64,000 nt of DNA from a virus (taxonomy: Duplodnaviria; Caudoviricetes), in IMG/VR virus record IMGVR_UViG_3300028805_000067, positions 32,001-96,000 of that record. The stretch is one strand, 5' to 3'. Under the pieces are notes generated by a model. The model had not been told where the DNA came from and ran no database searches. It saw only the letters and a list, made by a program, of their open reading frames with translations. Positions within the stretch are counted from its first letter, which is position 1. The number at the start of each line of letters is the position of its first letter. This document shows positions 8,119-18,998 of this stretch, in pieces. The translations under genes and the position numbers were made by a program.

Positions 8119-10824
8119 TTAATTATCCTCCTTGAGCGGGCCCCATGTATCTATTTGATTAATTAATTTATTGAGAGCTTGGCTGTGAGCAGAAGAACTT
8201 GTCAATCTAATATGATATTTACGCATATCTTCTTCACCAATTAAAGCGGCAGTATATTTCTTAATATCCTCATCTTGCATAATATAAAAACCATTTGGTA
8301 ATACTTCTAAATCTTCATCATTATCAAATAGAGGATCATAAGTAGCTGTTGTAATATTAAAAGTTAAATTAGCAGTATCATCTTGGATATTATATTTAAC
8401 TAAATTTTTTGTAGTAGCCTCGCCGACCTCAGTTAAAGTACCACTGAAAGACCATATCATTCTACTTAAAGTTTGATTTGGTGTAAATGATACATCATGA
8501 ACTTTAACTAAAATATTCCCTTCGGTTAATGATTTAAATAGTTTTGGCTTATTAGACATTAAGAAATCAGTAACTTTATCTCTAAATTTTTTCTCTAATA
8601 TCCAATCATAATGAGCCTCAAAATTATTCTCTGTGATAAAGTTCATATGCAGCGGCAGAGCCTTTGCCGTGAAAATCTCACGCTTTTGAGCGAAGTTTTC
8701 TTCATCATCCATCCATGTAGCAATAGTGCCACTAAAAGGAAATGTTTTATAATCAATAACTGCATTTCTATTGAAGAATGGATATTTACTACCTAAAGTT
8801 TCAATGCTGCTTTCTGTTATTTTTCTCTTGAAACTGCTAATAGTTGGATCAAATTTAATTTTTAACTGTTTATAATCGCCAATTAAAAAGCTATCATCTA
8901 AAAATAAAGTAACAGGTTCTTTATTATAAATCATATCTGTTTCTACTGATTTAAGTGCTGTCTGCTGATTTCCATAAATATCTTCATAAACATAGCTAAA
9001 TTCATTACTGTATATAATAGCATATCTATACCATTCTCCAGCTATTGCACTTCTATCAATCCAATATATAGTATTTACTGCATTAACATTATTAAAAGTC
9101 ATAATGTTATCCCATTCTTCAAAGTTACTTAAAGATGAAGTTCTACGAACAATAACTGTACCATTGAAATTAGAGTCTGTATTCCAAATTCTAACTAATA
9201 TTTCACCAGATTCGTGATTAGGAATAGTATCTAATTCTATATTAGTATTTAATACATTATCAATTGCCATATCAATTGTGGCATAAGGATATAATACAGT
9301 AAGTGCAAAGTTATCTGCAAATGCGCTAGAATTAACTGTTGTACTAAAAGAAATATAGTTATCAATAAAGCCATTATTAGTTTGATAATAAATATATAAT
9401 ATATACTGTTGCTTTTTCTCATACAATTTTTTAAATGTATATGAAAAATCATTCTCACCATTTAATCCGTTTGATTGGCTCTTAATCCAACCGCTATCTT
9501 CTAAAATGGTAGTAACATCATTTTTATCATATAATACAAATCGCATTGAATCTAAATATTCAATTGCAGTATTAGTTGCTTGTTCAAAAGTAACAGTACC
9601 ATTAATGGTTAAGAAATGTTTATGAATCCGCAAGCCCGCAAAATTAATCTGTGTTCCATAAGGATTCAAACTTAATATACTATTTTTTAATGTTACTATA
9701 GGTTGCGCGATGCGTTTAAGTAAGCAGACACTAGACCATTCACTAAAGTTATAAATATGATTATCCATCCAATAGGTGGATTCATAAGGAAAATCATTTA
9801 TATAATCTATATTTTTATCTAAAAATCTAATTTGAATTTTATAATATTCATCTATGCTAAAAGTATTTTCTGTATCATTTTCTTTTATACTTAATACATC
9901 ATTTGCAGGAATTTCTATGAAATAACAATTTGTTTCGCCAGCTTGATATAATTCTTCATCACGCTGCATAGTATAAAAATGTATGCCGCTATCTAAAGAA
10001 CTATCATTTTCAAATTGTATTGGTTTAAATTTGTTAATTCCTGATTGGTCTTTACATGTAACCATTATCCAAGGGTATACATAACCATCTATGGCGGGGT
10101 ACGCTTGAGGGTCTATTTTAAATTGAACTTCTTTAGCAACTGCTTGTGTAGTTTCTGTTGTTGTTGGAACTAAACTGTTTAAACTCTCATAGTATTTTTC
10201 CATTTGTGCGATGTCAGGATAAACATAACCTCTCTCAATTGGATAATCCCATAAGTAGCTAAATTTGCTTGGATCATCCTCATAATACTCTGGCGGCAGG
10301 TATACAGCTTGCGTATCAGTAGGTACATGCGTAACAATCAGCACCATATCTGTAGTTAGTTCCCATTGTGCTGTAATATGTAAATCCGTATAAGTCATAC
10401 TAGGGTTAGATAACATTGGACCCAGGCATGCACCTGTTAATTGCATTTCAAATGCTTTTGGATGTTCTTTATAAACAGATAAAGGCATAGCACAATAAAA
10501 TCTGCGCCACCCTTGTTCTTCATGTTTATCTAACCATAAATGATATAATTTTTCTTCTCGTGTACTATATGTATCATAAGGATTTACTACTTTTTCTTCA
10601 TATACAGTAGAAGTAGTCATATCTTCTTGTACTGGAATATTATATGAAGTTGTTTTAGCTACTACTATTCCTTGTGTTGCGGGAATCCTCGCAAAATTAT
10701 TTAAAGAATTATAATCTGAAATTGAAAAGTATACCCTAGTACTTGTTATATTCCTAGCCGGGTCTATAACAAAAGTAGGCATTTTTGATTCTATCACTGG
10801 AGGATATAATATTGTACTAGCCAT
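8119..10824 (-). CDS. Putative distal tail/baseplate structural protein
   Basis: 901 aa, beta-rich with an Fn3-like segment; C-terminal ETLGSKYP..KPKLFKSLTEGN; synteny. Confidence 0.6.
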   Translation of the reverse strand: MASTILYPPVIESKMPTFVIDPARNITSTRVYFSISDYNSLNNFARIPATQGIVVAKTTSYNIPVQEDMTTSTVYEEKVVNPYDTYSTREEKLYHLWLDKHEEQGWRRFYCAMPLSVYKEHPKAFEMQLTGACLGPMLSNPSMTYTDLHITAQWELTTDMVLIVTHVPTDTQAVYLPPEYYEDDPSKFSYLWDYPIERGYVYPDIAQMEKYYESLNSLVPTTTETTQAVAKEVQFKIDPQAYPAIDGYVYPWIMVTCKDQSGINKFKPIQFENDSSLDSGIHFYTMQRDEELYQAGETNCYFIEIPANDVLSIKENDTENTFSIDEYYKIQIRFLDKNIDYINDFPYESTYWMDNHIYNFSEWSSVCLLKRIAQPIVTLKNSILSLNPYGTQINFAGLRIHKHFLTINGTVTFEQATNTAIEYLDSMRFVLYDKNDVTTILEDSGWIKSQSNGLNGENDFSYTFKKLYEKKQQYILYIYYQTNNGFIDNYISFSTTVNSSAFADNFALTVLYPYATIDMAIDNVLNTNIELDTIPNHESGEILVRIWNTDSNFNGTVIVRRTSSLSNFEEWDNIMTFNNVNAVNTIYWIDRSAIAGEWYRYAIIYSNEFSYVYEDIYGNQQTALKSVETDMIYNKEPVTLFLDDSFLIGDYKQLKIKFDPTISSFKRKITESSIETLGSKYPFFNRNAVIDYKTFPFSGTIATWMDDEENFAQKREIFTAKALPLHMNFITENNFEAHYDWILEKKFRDKVTDFLMSNKPKLFKSLTEGNILVKVHDVSFTPNQTLSRMIWSFSGTLTEVGEATTKNLVKYNIQDDTANLTFNITTATYDPLFDNDEDLEVLPNGFYIMQDEDIKKYTAALIGEEDMRKYHIRLTSSSAHSQALNKLINQIDTWGPLKEDN

Positions 10825-10846
10825 CTTTGTTCTCCTTTTTCTCTAT

Positions 10847-11272
10847 TTATAAGAAGGTATGTTTTTCTAAGCACTCTTGATATTGCTTCTTAATTCTTTC
10901 ACTAGTAATAACAGTTGTATTATTAGGAAAATCTTTATGCGTAGAACAATATTGTTCATACCTATCTATATCTTTCAATATTTGTTTAAAATGTTCTTGG
11001 CTATGTTTTCTATCATTCATCATTTCATCACCAAAACGAAGAATGCGAGTGCGAGATGTAATAGCTTCATTTTCATCTACTTTTTGCGAAAGCTTTTCAA
11101 CATCTTGTTTAATAGCATCTATACCTATAAGTTTTGCTATTAATTTACCAAACCAAGTCCAGGGGTCTATTTTTAAAGGTGATAATTGTATAAGTGATGT
11201 AATAATGATAATAAAAACCCAATTATTACCAATAGTTATACCAACTTTGGTTAAAATGTCCATTAAGTCCAT
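10847..11272 (-). CDS. Holin-like membrane protein
   Basis: N-terminal transmembrane segment, coiled coil, RTRILRF motif. Confidence 0.5.
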   Translation of the reverse strand: MDLMDILTKVGITIGNNWVFIIIITSLIQLSPLKIDPWTWFGKLIAKLIGIDAIKQDVEKLSQKVDENEAITSRTRILRFGDEMMNDRKHSQEHFKQILKDIDRYEQYCSTHKDFPNNTTVITSERIKKQYQECLEKHTFL

Positions 11273-11379
11273 AAAAACACCTCCTTCATATAATATTTAT
11301 AAAAATTTACACGATAGAATTATAAAAAATAGACCAAAAAAGAATTGCGGGCGCAGCATTAAAGCCGCACCCGCGTATT

Positions 11380-13371
11380 TTAAATTATATTAGCAGCAGA
11401 AAGAACTGCACCTAAGTTATAAGTTTGACCATTGTATGTGAATGTAATGTCACCAGCTGCCGCCACATTTCCATTCCAATCTACTGTAAGCGCATTACTT
11501 CTTGCATCTGTTGTACCGTTACCAATTGCAAAAGCAGTAGCAGTTGTAGGCGTAGTATTGAATTTGCCAAAAATAGTTTGATTTTCAGCATTAGCAATAA
11601 GACTATTACCACCAACTACTGAATATGAGGCAGATGTTACATTATTTTTATAACCAGACACTAAAGCATATTTAGAATCTGAAACTGTACTATAGAAACC
11701 ACCAACAATTACACTTTCTACTTCGCCTGTTAATGCATTAGCACGACCTGAAAGTAAGCCACCTTCAATATCAGCACTTGTTAATGAGTTTCCTTCACCT
11801 ACAATAATACCACCATATATATTAGAATTTTCTACAGTAGTTAAGAAACCATGTATAATTCCACCATAAGGAGATACTGTTGATTGATAATTAATCTGCT
11901 GGCCACCAATCCAAGAACCATATGTATAGCTATTAGAAGTCTTAACTGTACTTGAATTACCATAAATAAAAGTACCATCTAAACTACTACAAGTGGTTTT
12001 TAAACTTTTTCCTCCAATTATACTACCAGCTACATCACCATTGACCTTTATTGTATTACCATATCCATTTATAATGCTGCCTGCATTTCCTTTGATTTCA
12101 GCATCACTAAATGCAAGCTGATATAAACCACCATATTGATTACCGGTTAATGTAACAGTAGACCAATAGCCACCAAGCATAGGACCATATTGTAAAGCGC
12201 CATCAGCTGAACTTTCTAATTTTAAAGATCTACCAAGTACTACAGCACCTTCAATTGTACCACTTCTAGTAGCACCAGCAGGTGAGGCTGATATTGTACT
12301 CATGCAGCCGCCTAATAATGAGCCTTCTATTTGTGCTCGCTCACTACCACAAGTCATTACATTATCTGTACCTAAAATTATATTACGGTCAGATACAGTA
12401 GAGCCATTAAATGTATTATGTTTACCAATGATAAAGTTATAATAACCATTAATAGCTTCGTTACCTTCACCAAATATGTAAGTATATTGTGGCGCATAAC
12501 CATTAAGTTTATTATTATGACCTACAATAGCATTTTTATCACTTGTCGAAGCATATAATACATTACTAGAACCAAACACTAATGTTTGTGTACTAGCAGA
12601 ACCATACATAGAGTTATTAGAACCAACTAATATATCTTTATAGTGACTTGTTGTTGAATTTGATATTGAATTGTTTGAACCAAATGCAGCTGTATATGTT
12701 CCTGCAGTTTGGTTAGTATCACCAATATTCATATTATGACTTCCACATGCTGTACTATAATGCCCTAAAATTATAGTATCATCTACACTATTAGAAGCTG
12801 TAGTAATATTATAATCACCTATGATAGTAGTTCTATCCATATTAGTGCCACGATTATTATTACCAGAACCTATTACATTATTATTTCTTAATCTTGCAGC
12901 TGATAAAGTAGTATATGAACCATGAAAAAAGTTTTCTTGTAAATCGCCGCCAGAAAGCACTGCATATGTTCCGCCTACATGGTTTGTATTACCAGGCCCG
13001 CTTATTACATTATGATAACCTTCTATATGATGATAATATCCATTACCAGATACAGCATTGTTTGCACCTTCAATATGAGTATCTCCAACACCAGATAAAG
13101 TGCTCTCACGACCTTCTACATAGTTGTAACTATTATTAGTTTGCACTTTGTTATGATAACCTTGTATAAAATTGTAACTTGTATTGTTATCAAGACCTAA
13201 TGTATGGTCACCAAATACAATATTTTGAATACCGCCTAATTTGCTAGATGTAGATTCAAGGTTCAGGTACATGCTACCTGAACCCTCGGGATCTACTTTA
13301 TTCATATAGTCACCAGTGGTGCCGCCTCTGCCGCCACCGTAACTAACTCCATTTAACATTATTTTACCCAT
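11380..13371 (-). CDS. Tail fibre/spike with beta-solenoid repeats
   Basis: Many GxxN repeats; C-terminal IGNGT..SNALTVDWNGN. Confidence 0.7.
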   Translation of the reverse strand: MGKIMLNGVSYGGGRGGTTGDYMNKVDPEGSGSMYLNLESTSSKLGGIQNIVFGDHTLGLDNNTSYNFIQGYHNKVQTNNSYNYVEGRESTLSGVGDTHIEGANNAVSGNGYYHHIEGYHNVISGPGNTNHVGGTYAVLSGGDLQENFFHGSYTTLSAARLRNNNVIGSGNNNRGTNMDRTTIIGDYNITTASNSVDDTIILGHYSTACGSHNMNIGDTNQTAGTYTAAFGSNNSISNSTTSHYKDILVGSNNSMYGSASTQTLVFGSSNVLYASTSDKNAIVGHNNKLNGYAPQYTYIFGEGNEAINGYYNFIIGKHNTFNGSTVSDRNIILGTDNVMTCGSERAQIEGSLLGGCMSTISASPAGATRSGTIEGAVVLGRSLKLESSADGALQYGPMLGGYWSTVTLTGNQYGGLYQLAFSDAEIKGNAGSIINGYGNTIKVNGDVAGSIIGGKSLKTTCSSLDGTFIYGNSSTVKTSNSYTYGSWIGGQQINYQSTVSPYGGIIHGFLTTVENSNIYGGIIVGEGNSLTSADIEGGLLSGRANALTGEVESVIVGGFYSTVSDSKYALVSGYKNNVTSASYSVVGGNSLIANAENQTIFGKFNTTPTTATAFAIGNGTTDARSNALTVDWNGNVAAAGDITFTYNGQTYNLGAVLSAANII

Positions 13372-13387
13372 TTATGCACCCTCCATT

Positions 13388-16300
13388 TTATACCGTTTTA
13401 ATATATCTGAATATTAAATTATCATTAGCTGCAATATTTTCATGGGGTGAGTGATCACTAGCTCCACATATATCACTACCATCAAAATAAAATCTTATCG
13501 AAGACTTATTTGGCACGGAACCAGTATATATAGCATCTATTAATTTATCTATTCCTGAAGGTACTGTTTCTATAAAAGGAATTGCGGCCCATGCAACATC
13601 TGACACTTGCGTAGTAGCTGCAACTGTTAATGTTATTTCATATACAGGTCTACCATCAATCCATTCACCAACAACCTGTTCAGTTGTAGAATACTTATGG
13701 AAAGGCTGAGCGCCCCACTGACCGTTATCATCTACAGCTAATATCTTACCAGCATCCGCAATAGTTGTGGCGGGAAGCAGTTTGTCAGCAACTGTAACCG
13801 CAGCTGTACCATTATTTAATGTTAAATCACCAGCTATAGCAACATTACCATCTACATCAACTGTAAATGCATTTGACAGATTGATTTCATTATCTGCTGC
13901 TGAAGTACCATTACCTATAATAAATAAAGCATTACTTGCAATTGCATTAAATTTACCTATTGCAGTTTGATAATTTTCACTGGCGATTGTATAATAACCA
14001 CCAGCATGACTATAATCACCATTAGCTGTAGTTCTAATACCTTCTGCATGTGAATATAATCCATTTGCTCTTGTAAAATATCCTTCAGCATGTGCAGCAG
14101 TGCTACCAGCATAAGTGCCATGACCTTCTGTATGACTGCATGCATTTGAAGCTGTTGTATAAAGACCTTCAGCATGTGCAGCTGTACTAGCCGCGTATGA
14201 ACCTTCACCTTCAGCATGTGCAAATCTAGTAGCAGTTGTAAGATGTCCTTCAACATGAGCGCCATAATCTGCAGCATGAGTCTGCACTCCTTCAGCATGA
14301 GATATTAAGCCACTTGCAGTTGTATTCCATCCTTCTGAATGTGAATGGTTGCCAGAAGCGCGTGTAGACCACCCTTCTGCATGTGCATGAACACCAGAAG
14401 CAGTTGTTGCTTCACCTTCACTATGAGTGCTTTCTCCAATAGCTTTAGTACTATTGCCTTCAGCATGTGCTATAGTGCCAATTGCAGAACTACTATATCC
14501 TTCAGCATGCGCGTAACTAGTAGATGTATATGTAGCATTTCCTTCTGTATGGGAACAATCTCCATAAGCGCTTGTATTTTGACCTTCAGCATGGGTATAT
14601 ATAGCAGTTGCTTGTGAGCCATACCCTTCTGCATGAGAATAATAACCAGCCGCATATGTATTTAAACCTTCAGCATGAGCTGCGTCTCCGGCAGCTTTAG
14701 TTTGATAACCTTCTGCATGAGCATATTGAGCAGATGCTGTAGTAGCTCTACCTTCTGCAAAAGCAGCTTTTGCAACTGCAGAGGCAGCAATACCTAAAGC
14801 AAAACTTGATTCACCATCTGATGTGGTTGAATTACCAATAGCAATGCTACCAACTCCAAGAGCACTATTATCATATCCTAAAGCAATAGAACCATTACCT
14901 AATGCATTGCTTGTATTTGTACTAAAAGTACCATTATAAATAGGATTTGTTTTAGGTAAATAATCACCAAATTTTCCATTTATATCTGATACAGCGGTAG
15001 TCAAATCACCAATAGCAGTTGTGGCTGTTGATAAAGAACCTTGTAAGTTTTGAATTTGTGTAGTATGTCCATTAACAACAGTAGCAACATTATTAATATT
15101 ATTTGTTACATTATTCAATGCATCACTTACATTAGTTGTAGTAGCATATGTAACTGCAGTAGCTTCAGTTTTAGGATTAATTGTTATTCCATTATATGTT
15201 AAAACATCATTATTAACAGTAAATAAGTTATTTATATGATTATTATTATCTATATTAATTCCAGTTCCAGCACTATAAGTAGTGTCAGTTGCGGAAATAG
15301 TATTATTATCAATTGTAATATTAGTTCCTGCTGTTAATGCGGGCTGCATTGCCTCTAAAGCTTCAGCTACGACTTTATTTTGAACTGCATTTTCAGAAAT
15401 GGAACTTAAGTCTGTATCAGGAGCTATAGAAATAACATTATTAGTAATATCAATACCAGTACCAGCAGAATAGCTACCACCGCCTTCACTGCCAGCATCT
15501 GTTATAAAATATACAGACCCATTTTTCTTAATAGCAGTAGGTAAAGCATTATATTCAGCTTGAGTAATTTCTACTTTATTTGTATTTGCATTTGTAGAAA
15601 TTTGTAATGAATCTGTAGCTTCATCATAAGTTAAAGTAACATTATCTCCACCAGTCACCTTAGTATTTACAATATTTACACCCATTGTAGAAGCATCTAC
15701 ATTAATACTATATACTTTATTAGGTGCAACAAATACAAAAGCAATACTATCAGTTTTAGTAACAACCTGATATAAATTTTCAATAGTTTCTGGTGTAGCA
15801 CCCGCAATCTTAGGTGTTACAACTAATTCAAACTTATCATGTACATTTGCATCTAACAACTGTGCATTAGTTTTATTGCAAGTTAATTCTCCTGTATCTT
15901 CATCGTAAGTGAAGATTATTGTATCAGAATAAGTATCTGTAGCTACCCAAGTACCTTGGCTATTTACCATCAGTACCTTACCAGCATCTGTGGCTGTTGC
16001 ACTAGGAATAGGATTATCAACAATAATTTCATTATTATTATTAATTGTAATACCATTACCCGCAGTATAAACAGTATCAGTTGCAGATATTTCATTATTT
16101 GTATCAATAGTAATATTAGAGCCTGCGGTATAAGTAGTATCAGTTGCAGAAATTACATTATTATCAATACTAATATTTGTGCCAGCTGTATATGCAGCAG
16201 CATCCGCAGAAATTACATTATTTGCATCAATTGAAATATTAGCACCAGCAGTATATTTAGTATCAGTAGCAGAAATTACACCATTATCAATTGAAATATT

Positions 16301-16903
16301 AGTGCCCGCAGTTAACTGTTGAGCCGCCAATGCATCTTTAACAGCTTTACTTGTAATAGGCAATTCATCATCTGATACATCATCCGCTAACTCTACTGAA
16401 ATCCGTTTAGTACCATCTTGCATAACAGTAATAGTAATTGCGGTCCCAGCAGCTATATCACCACTTGAGCCAGCGTCTATTATATAATAAACTGTACCAT
16501 TATTCTGCTCTTCTGGTGTTAATGCATCGTATTCTGCTTGAGTAACCTGTATAGGATTTAATTTTAATATATTATTAACAACTGTCAATCCTTCACCAAT
16601 AGTTAATTCAGAATTATATGTACCATCCGCATTTTTTAATGCAGTTTTTTGTGCTTTAAGGTTAATTATATCTTCAATAACAGCTGCATAATCATCTTCA
16701 TGCTCGCTTAACCATTGTGCAATTTCCAGCAAAGTATTATACTCTTCTGGCGCACCAGCGATAACTTCCGCAATTTGATATTGTACAGAACCAGGTGTAG
16801 AAGAATCACCATTTAGTATATCGACCTCTTGTTCAAGTTGACTTAATTCTTCTGAGGCTTTTTTAATTTTGCCTTTTAAAAGAGCATAAGTTATTATATC
16901 CAT
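13388..16903 (-). CDS. Long tail fibre with YadA/Hep_Hag-like repeats
   Basis: Tandem 14-aa (S/A)HAEG repeats and YTAGTNISIDNNVISA repeats. Confidence 0.8.
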   Translation of the reverse strand: MDIITYALLKGKIKKASEELSQLEQEVDILNGDSSTPGSVQYQIAEVIAGAPEEYNTLLEIAQWLSEHEDDYAAVIEDIINLKAQKTALKNADGTYNSELTIGEGLTVVNNILKLNPIQVTQAEYDALTPEEQNNGTVYYIIDAGSSGDIAAGTAITITVMQDGTKRISVELADDVSDDELPITSKAVKDALAAQQLTAGTNISIDNGVISATDTKYTAGANISIDANNVISADAAAYTAGTNISIDNNVISATDTTYTAGSNITIDTNNEISATDTVYTAGNGITINNNNEIIVDNPIPSATATDAGKVLMVNSQGTWVATDTYSDTIIFTYDEDTGELTCNKTNAQLLDANVHDKFELVVTPKIAGATPETIENLYQVVTKTDSIAFVFVAPNKVYSINVDASTMGVNIVNTKVTGGDNVTLTYDEATDSLQISTNANTNKVEITQAEYNALPTAIKKNGSVYFITDAGSEGGGSYSAGTGIDITNNVISIAPDTDLSSISENAVQNKVVAEALEAMQPALTAGTNITIDNNTISATDTTYSAGTGINIDNNNHINNLFTVNNDVLTYNGITINPKTEATAVTYATTTNVSDALNNVTNNINNVATVVNGHTTQIQNLQGSLSTATTAIGDLTTAVSDINGKFGDYLPKTNPIYNGTFSTNTSNALGNGSIALGYDNSALGVGSIAIGNSTTSDGESSFALGIAASAVAKAAFAEGRATTASAQYAHAEGYQTKAAGDAAHAEGLNTYAAGYYSHAEGYGSQATAIYTHAEGQNTSAYGDCSHTEGNATYTSTSYAHAEGYSSSAIGTIAHAEGNSTKAIGESTHSEGEATTASGVHAHAEGWSTRASGNHSHSEGWNTTASGLISHAEGVQTHAADYGAHVEGHLTTATRFAHAEGEGSYAASTAAHAEGLYTTASNACSHTEGHGTYAGSTAAHAEGYFTRANGLYSHAEGIRTTANGDYSHAGGYYTIASENYQTAIGKFNAIASNALFIIGNGTSAADNEINLSNAFTVDVDGNVAIAGDLTLNNGTAAVTVADKLLPATTIADAGKILAVDDNGQWGAQPFHKYSTTEQVVGEWIDGRPVYEITLTVAATTQVSDVAWAAIPFIETVPSGIDKLIDAIYTGSVPNKSSIRFYFDGSDICGASDHSPHENIAANDNLIFRYIKTV

Positions 16904-16923
16904 ATACTACCTCCTCCTTTCAT

Positions 16924-17094
16924 TCATTTTATGTCAGTCCAATATATTTCGGTTTCTGGAAATGGACCGGCATTAATAGTTTCTCCATTTTTTAAAGTAA
17001 TGATTATGTCACCATTTTCGTCTACTTCCATCTTTTCAATGCGTTGTCCTTTGACATATTTTTTTAACAACACATATGTGGCTACATCAAACAT
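16924..17094 (-). CDS. Small fibre-associated protein, 56 aa (not in ORF track)
   Basis: MFDVATYVLLKK..; N-terminus resembles MDIITYALLK of the adjacent fibre. Confidence 0.7.
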   Translation of the reverse strand: MFDVATYVLLKKYVKGQRIEKMEVDENGDIIITLKNGETINAGPFPETEIYWTDIK

Positions 17095-17095
17095 A

Positions 17096-17281
17096 TTAGC
17101 CCTCTAATTCTATCCACTTGCCTTGTGAGTTTTTCATATATACTTGTGAAGTAGCAATTATAATAGCGACAGAACCAGGAGCAGCATTTTGAGGAAGATT
17201 TTGTAAATCGGCAACAGTATCACAACTAAATTCAGTTACATAAGTGTATACTTTGCCACTTTGTTCTCTTATACTATACAT
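17096..17281 (-). CDS. Small structural/hypothetical protein
   Basis: 61 aa, AAGGAGG RBS. Confidence 0.8.
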   Translation of the reverse strand: MYSIREQSGKVYTYVTEFSCDTVADLQNLPQNAAPGSVAIIIATSQVYMKNSQGKWIELEG

Positions 17282-17374
17282 AAACTTTCCCTCCTTTAAG
17301 TTTATTTCATTAAGCTAATATATATAAAAAAAATGGACAGAAGTTTTTACACTTCTGTCCAATAATATTTATTA

Positions 17375-17461
17375 TTATTCCTTTTTATTATCTTCATCAT
17401 TTAATTCTAAACTATATCCATAGCCTATTAATAGAACTAGTACAAATAAAACGACTAACAT
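17375..17461 (-). CDS. 28-aa single-pass membrane peptide (not in ORF track)
   Basis: MLVVLFVLVLLIGYGYSLELNDEDNKKE with upstream AAGGG. Confidence 0.45.
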   Translation of the reverse strand: MLVVLFVLVLLIGYGYSLELNDEDNKKE

Positions 17462-17476
17462 CTCAATCCCTTCTTT

Positions 17477-18217
17477 CTACAATCTCCAATTAACAGCTAT
17501 ATCTAATTGAGTTTGGTTCGTCTTTGCAAAACCGCCAGTATCTACAACAATGCCCCATCCAAGTGAACACTCTATAATTGTTCCAAGTGGTCTGATATTG
17601 AAGGCGGCGGCGACCATGATATAGGGGCCTAGCATTTTACAGCCATCATCTCGTATCCAGTAAGGATAGTCAGCTTCTGAATACCCCCGTCTGCGCATCC
17701 GCTGAATACAAAATGTCATATCTAAATTATAATATGTTTCCTTTCCAGAGGGCCCTTTATTAACCCCGCTAGTTTTAGTTAATTTACTTCCAGTCCAAGT
17801 TACAGCTGGTGCTGTAACAATTCCTAATTCCTCCGTATTGACTGTGATTTCATTTGCTGCCAATACCGCAGCAGTAGGGGTGTTTGTTGGTACTACTACT
17901 TTTGTAGCAGTTGGCATAGGCGAAGGTGAAGGGGTTGCAGTAAATGTAGGAATTATTAATTTATCTTCCTCTATTTCTTCAACTTGTTCAACCTCTTGTA
18001 TTACTACTGCTGTAGGTTACGGTGTTGGTGTTGATGTAATGATTATAATTGTTGGTGTGGCGGAAGGCGTTATTGTAGCGGCCTCCGCAACTTGTTTTGA
18101 TTCTACTATTTCTTGAACTTCATTAGTATCATTCTCATTGAACGCATTTCTCTCAATTATTACTATAATAATTAAAAGAATAATACACAGAAATCCAACT
18201 ATAAATTTCTTTTTCAT
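17477..18217 (-). pseudogene. Membrane-anchored 3D-domain-like cell-wall enzyme interrupted by one in-frame TAA
   Basis: Track ORFs 18017-18217 and 17477-17917 share a frame; TM anchor, PT-rich linker, VDTGG..LDIAV motif. Confidence 0.7.
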
Positions 18218-18369
18218 GCTCTTTCCTTTCTTTTGAAAAGAAAATAGTGTGCCAAGCTATTTTCTAGTTGTTATTCTTTCTTTGATATTGATGCTTTTGA
18301 AGGAATAATAAATAATACATATATAATTGAAAAATAAAAAGGGCAACTTATTAAGAGTTGCCCAAAAGC

Positions 18370-18660
18370 CTAAATTTCTACTTTTTTATTTCGTGCAATT
18401 CTGTTTATCATCAGTTTATACTTATGTGCATACGCATATTCCTTGTTATCCCAATGTCCTATTACATTTAAGCTATCATTGAAAGCAGCGTCTGGTGTCC
18501 AATGATACTGTTCTTTTAGCATAACTAAAAATTCATCAAGTGGCATATTTAATATCCGAGCTGGAAACCACCATTGACTTGATGCTGTTCCTAATTTTTG
18601 AACTGATTTTACATGCCAGCACCCTGTTGGATCTTGCCATTCAACTGCTTCGTATATCAT
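18370..18660 (-). CDS. Hypothetical protein
   Basis: 96 aa, AGGAG RBS. Confidence 0.8.
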   Translation of the reverse strand: MIYEAVEWQDPTGCWHVKSVQKLGTASSQWWFPARILNMPLDEFLVMLKEQYHWTPDAAFNDSLNVIGHWDNKEYAYAHKYKLMINRIARNKKVEI

Positions 18661-18669
18661 ATTATCTCC

Positions 18670-18951
18670 TTACAGTTTCCAATTGTCAAAAAGTTTCTTA
18701 ATACTTGCTTTTTCACTTTCAGTTGGTGTATCTGATACTGGTGCGGCGGGCTCTGTCTGTGATGCTGCCTCATTAACCACACCTCCGCCAAGAATATCCT
18801 TAGCACAAGTCAATGCCAATTTAATTTCTACAGTTTCACCGCCATCATCCATAGGCACTCTGATAACTTTGTCATCCATGAATGAACCAGAAAACATTTC
18901 CAAAATCTGCTTTGTCAATTTCTCTTTTGCTACACTACCTCTTGCCGCCAT
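18670..18951 (-). CDS. Hypothetical protein
   Basis: 93 aa, RBS and promoter. Confidence 0.8.
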   Translation of the reverse strand: MAARGSVAKEKLTKQILEMFSGSFMDDKVIRVPMDDGGETVEIKLALTCAKDILGGGVVNEAASQTEPAAPVSDTPTESEKASIKKLFDNWKL

Positions 18952-18998
18952 ATTTTTAACCTCTTTCCATATTTTCTATATATATTATAACAAAATTT

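Noticed and set aside
13957-14800. Tandem DNA repeats in the fibre gene as a DGR or ncRNA array
   Set aside because: Explained by 14-aa HAEG protein repeats; no template/variable repeat pair or reverse transcriptase seen.
17477-18217. Genome-wide stop-codon recoding
   Set aside because: Long genes are intact in the standard code, all three stops terminate genes, and no suppressor tRNA is present.
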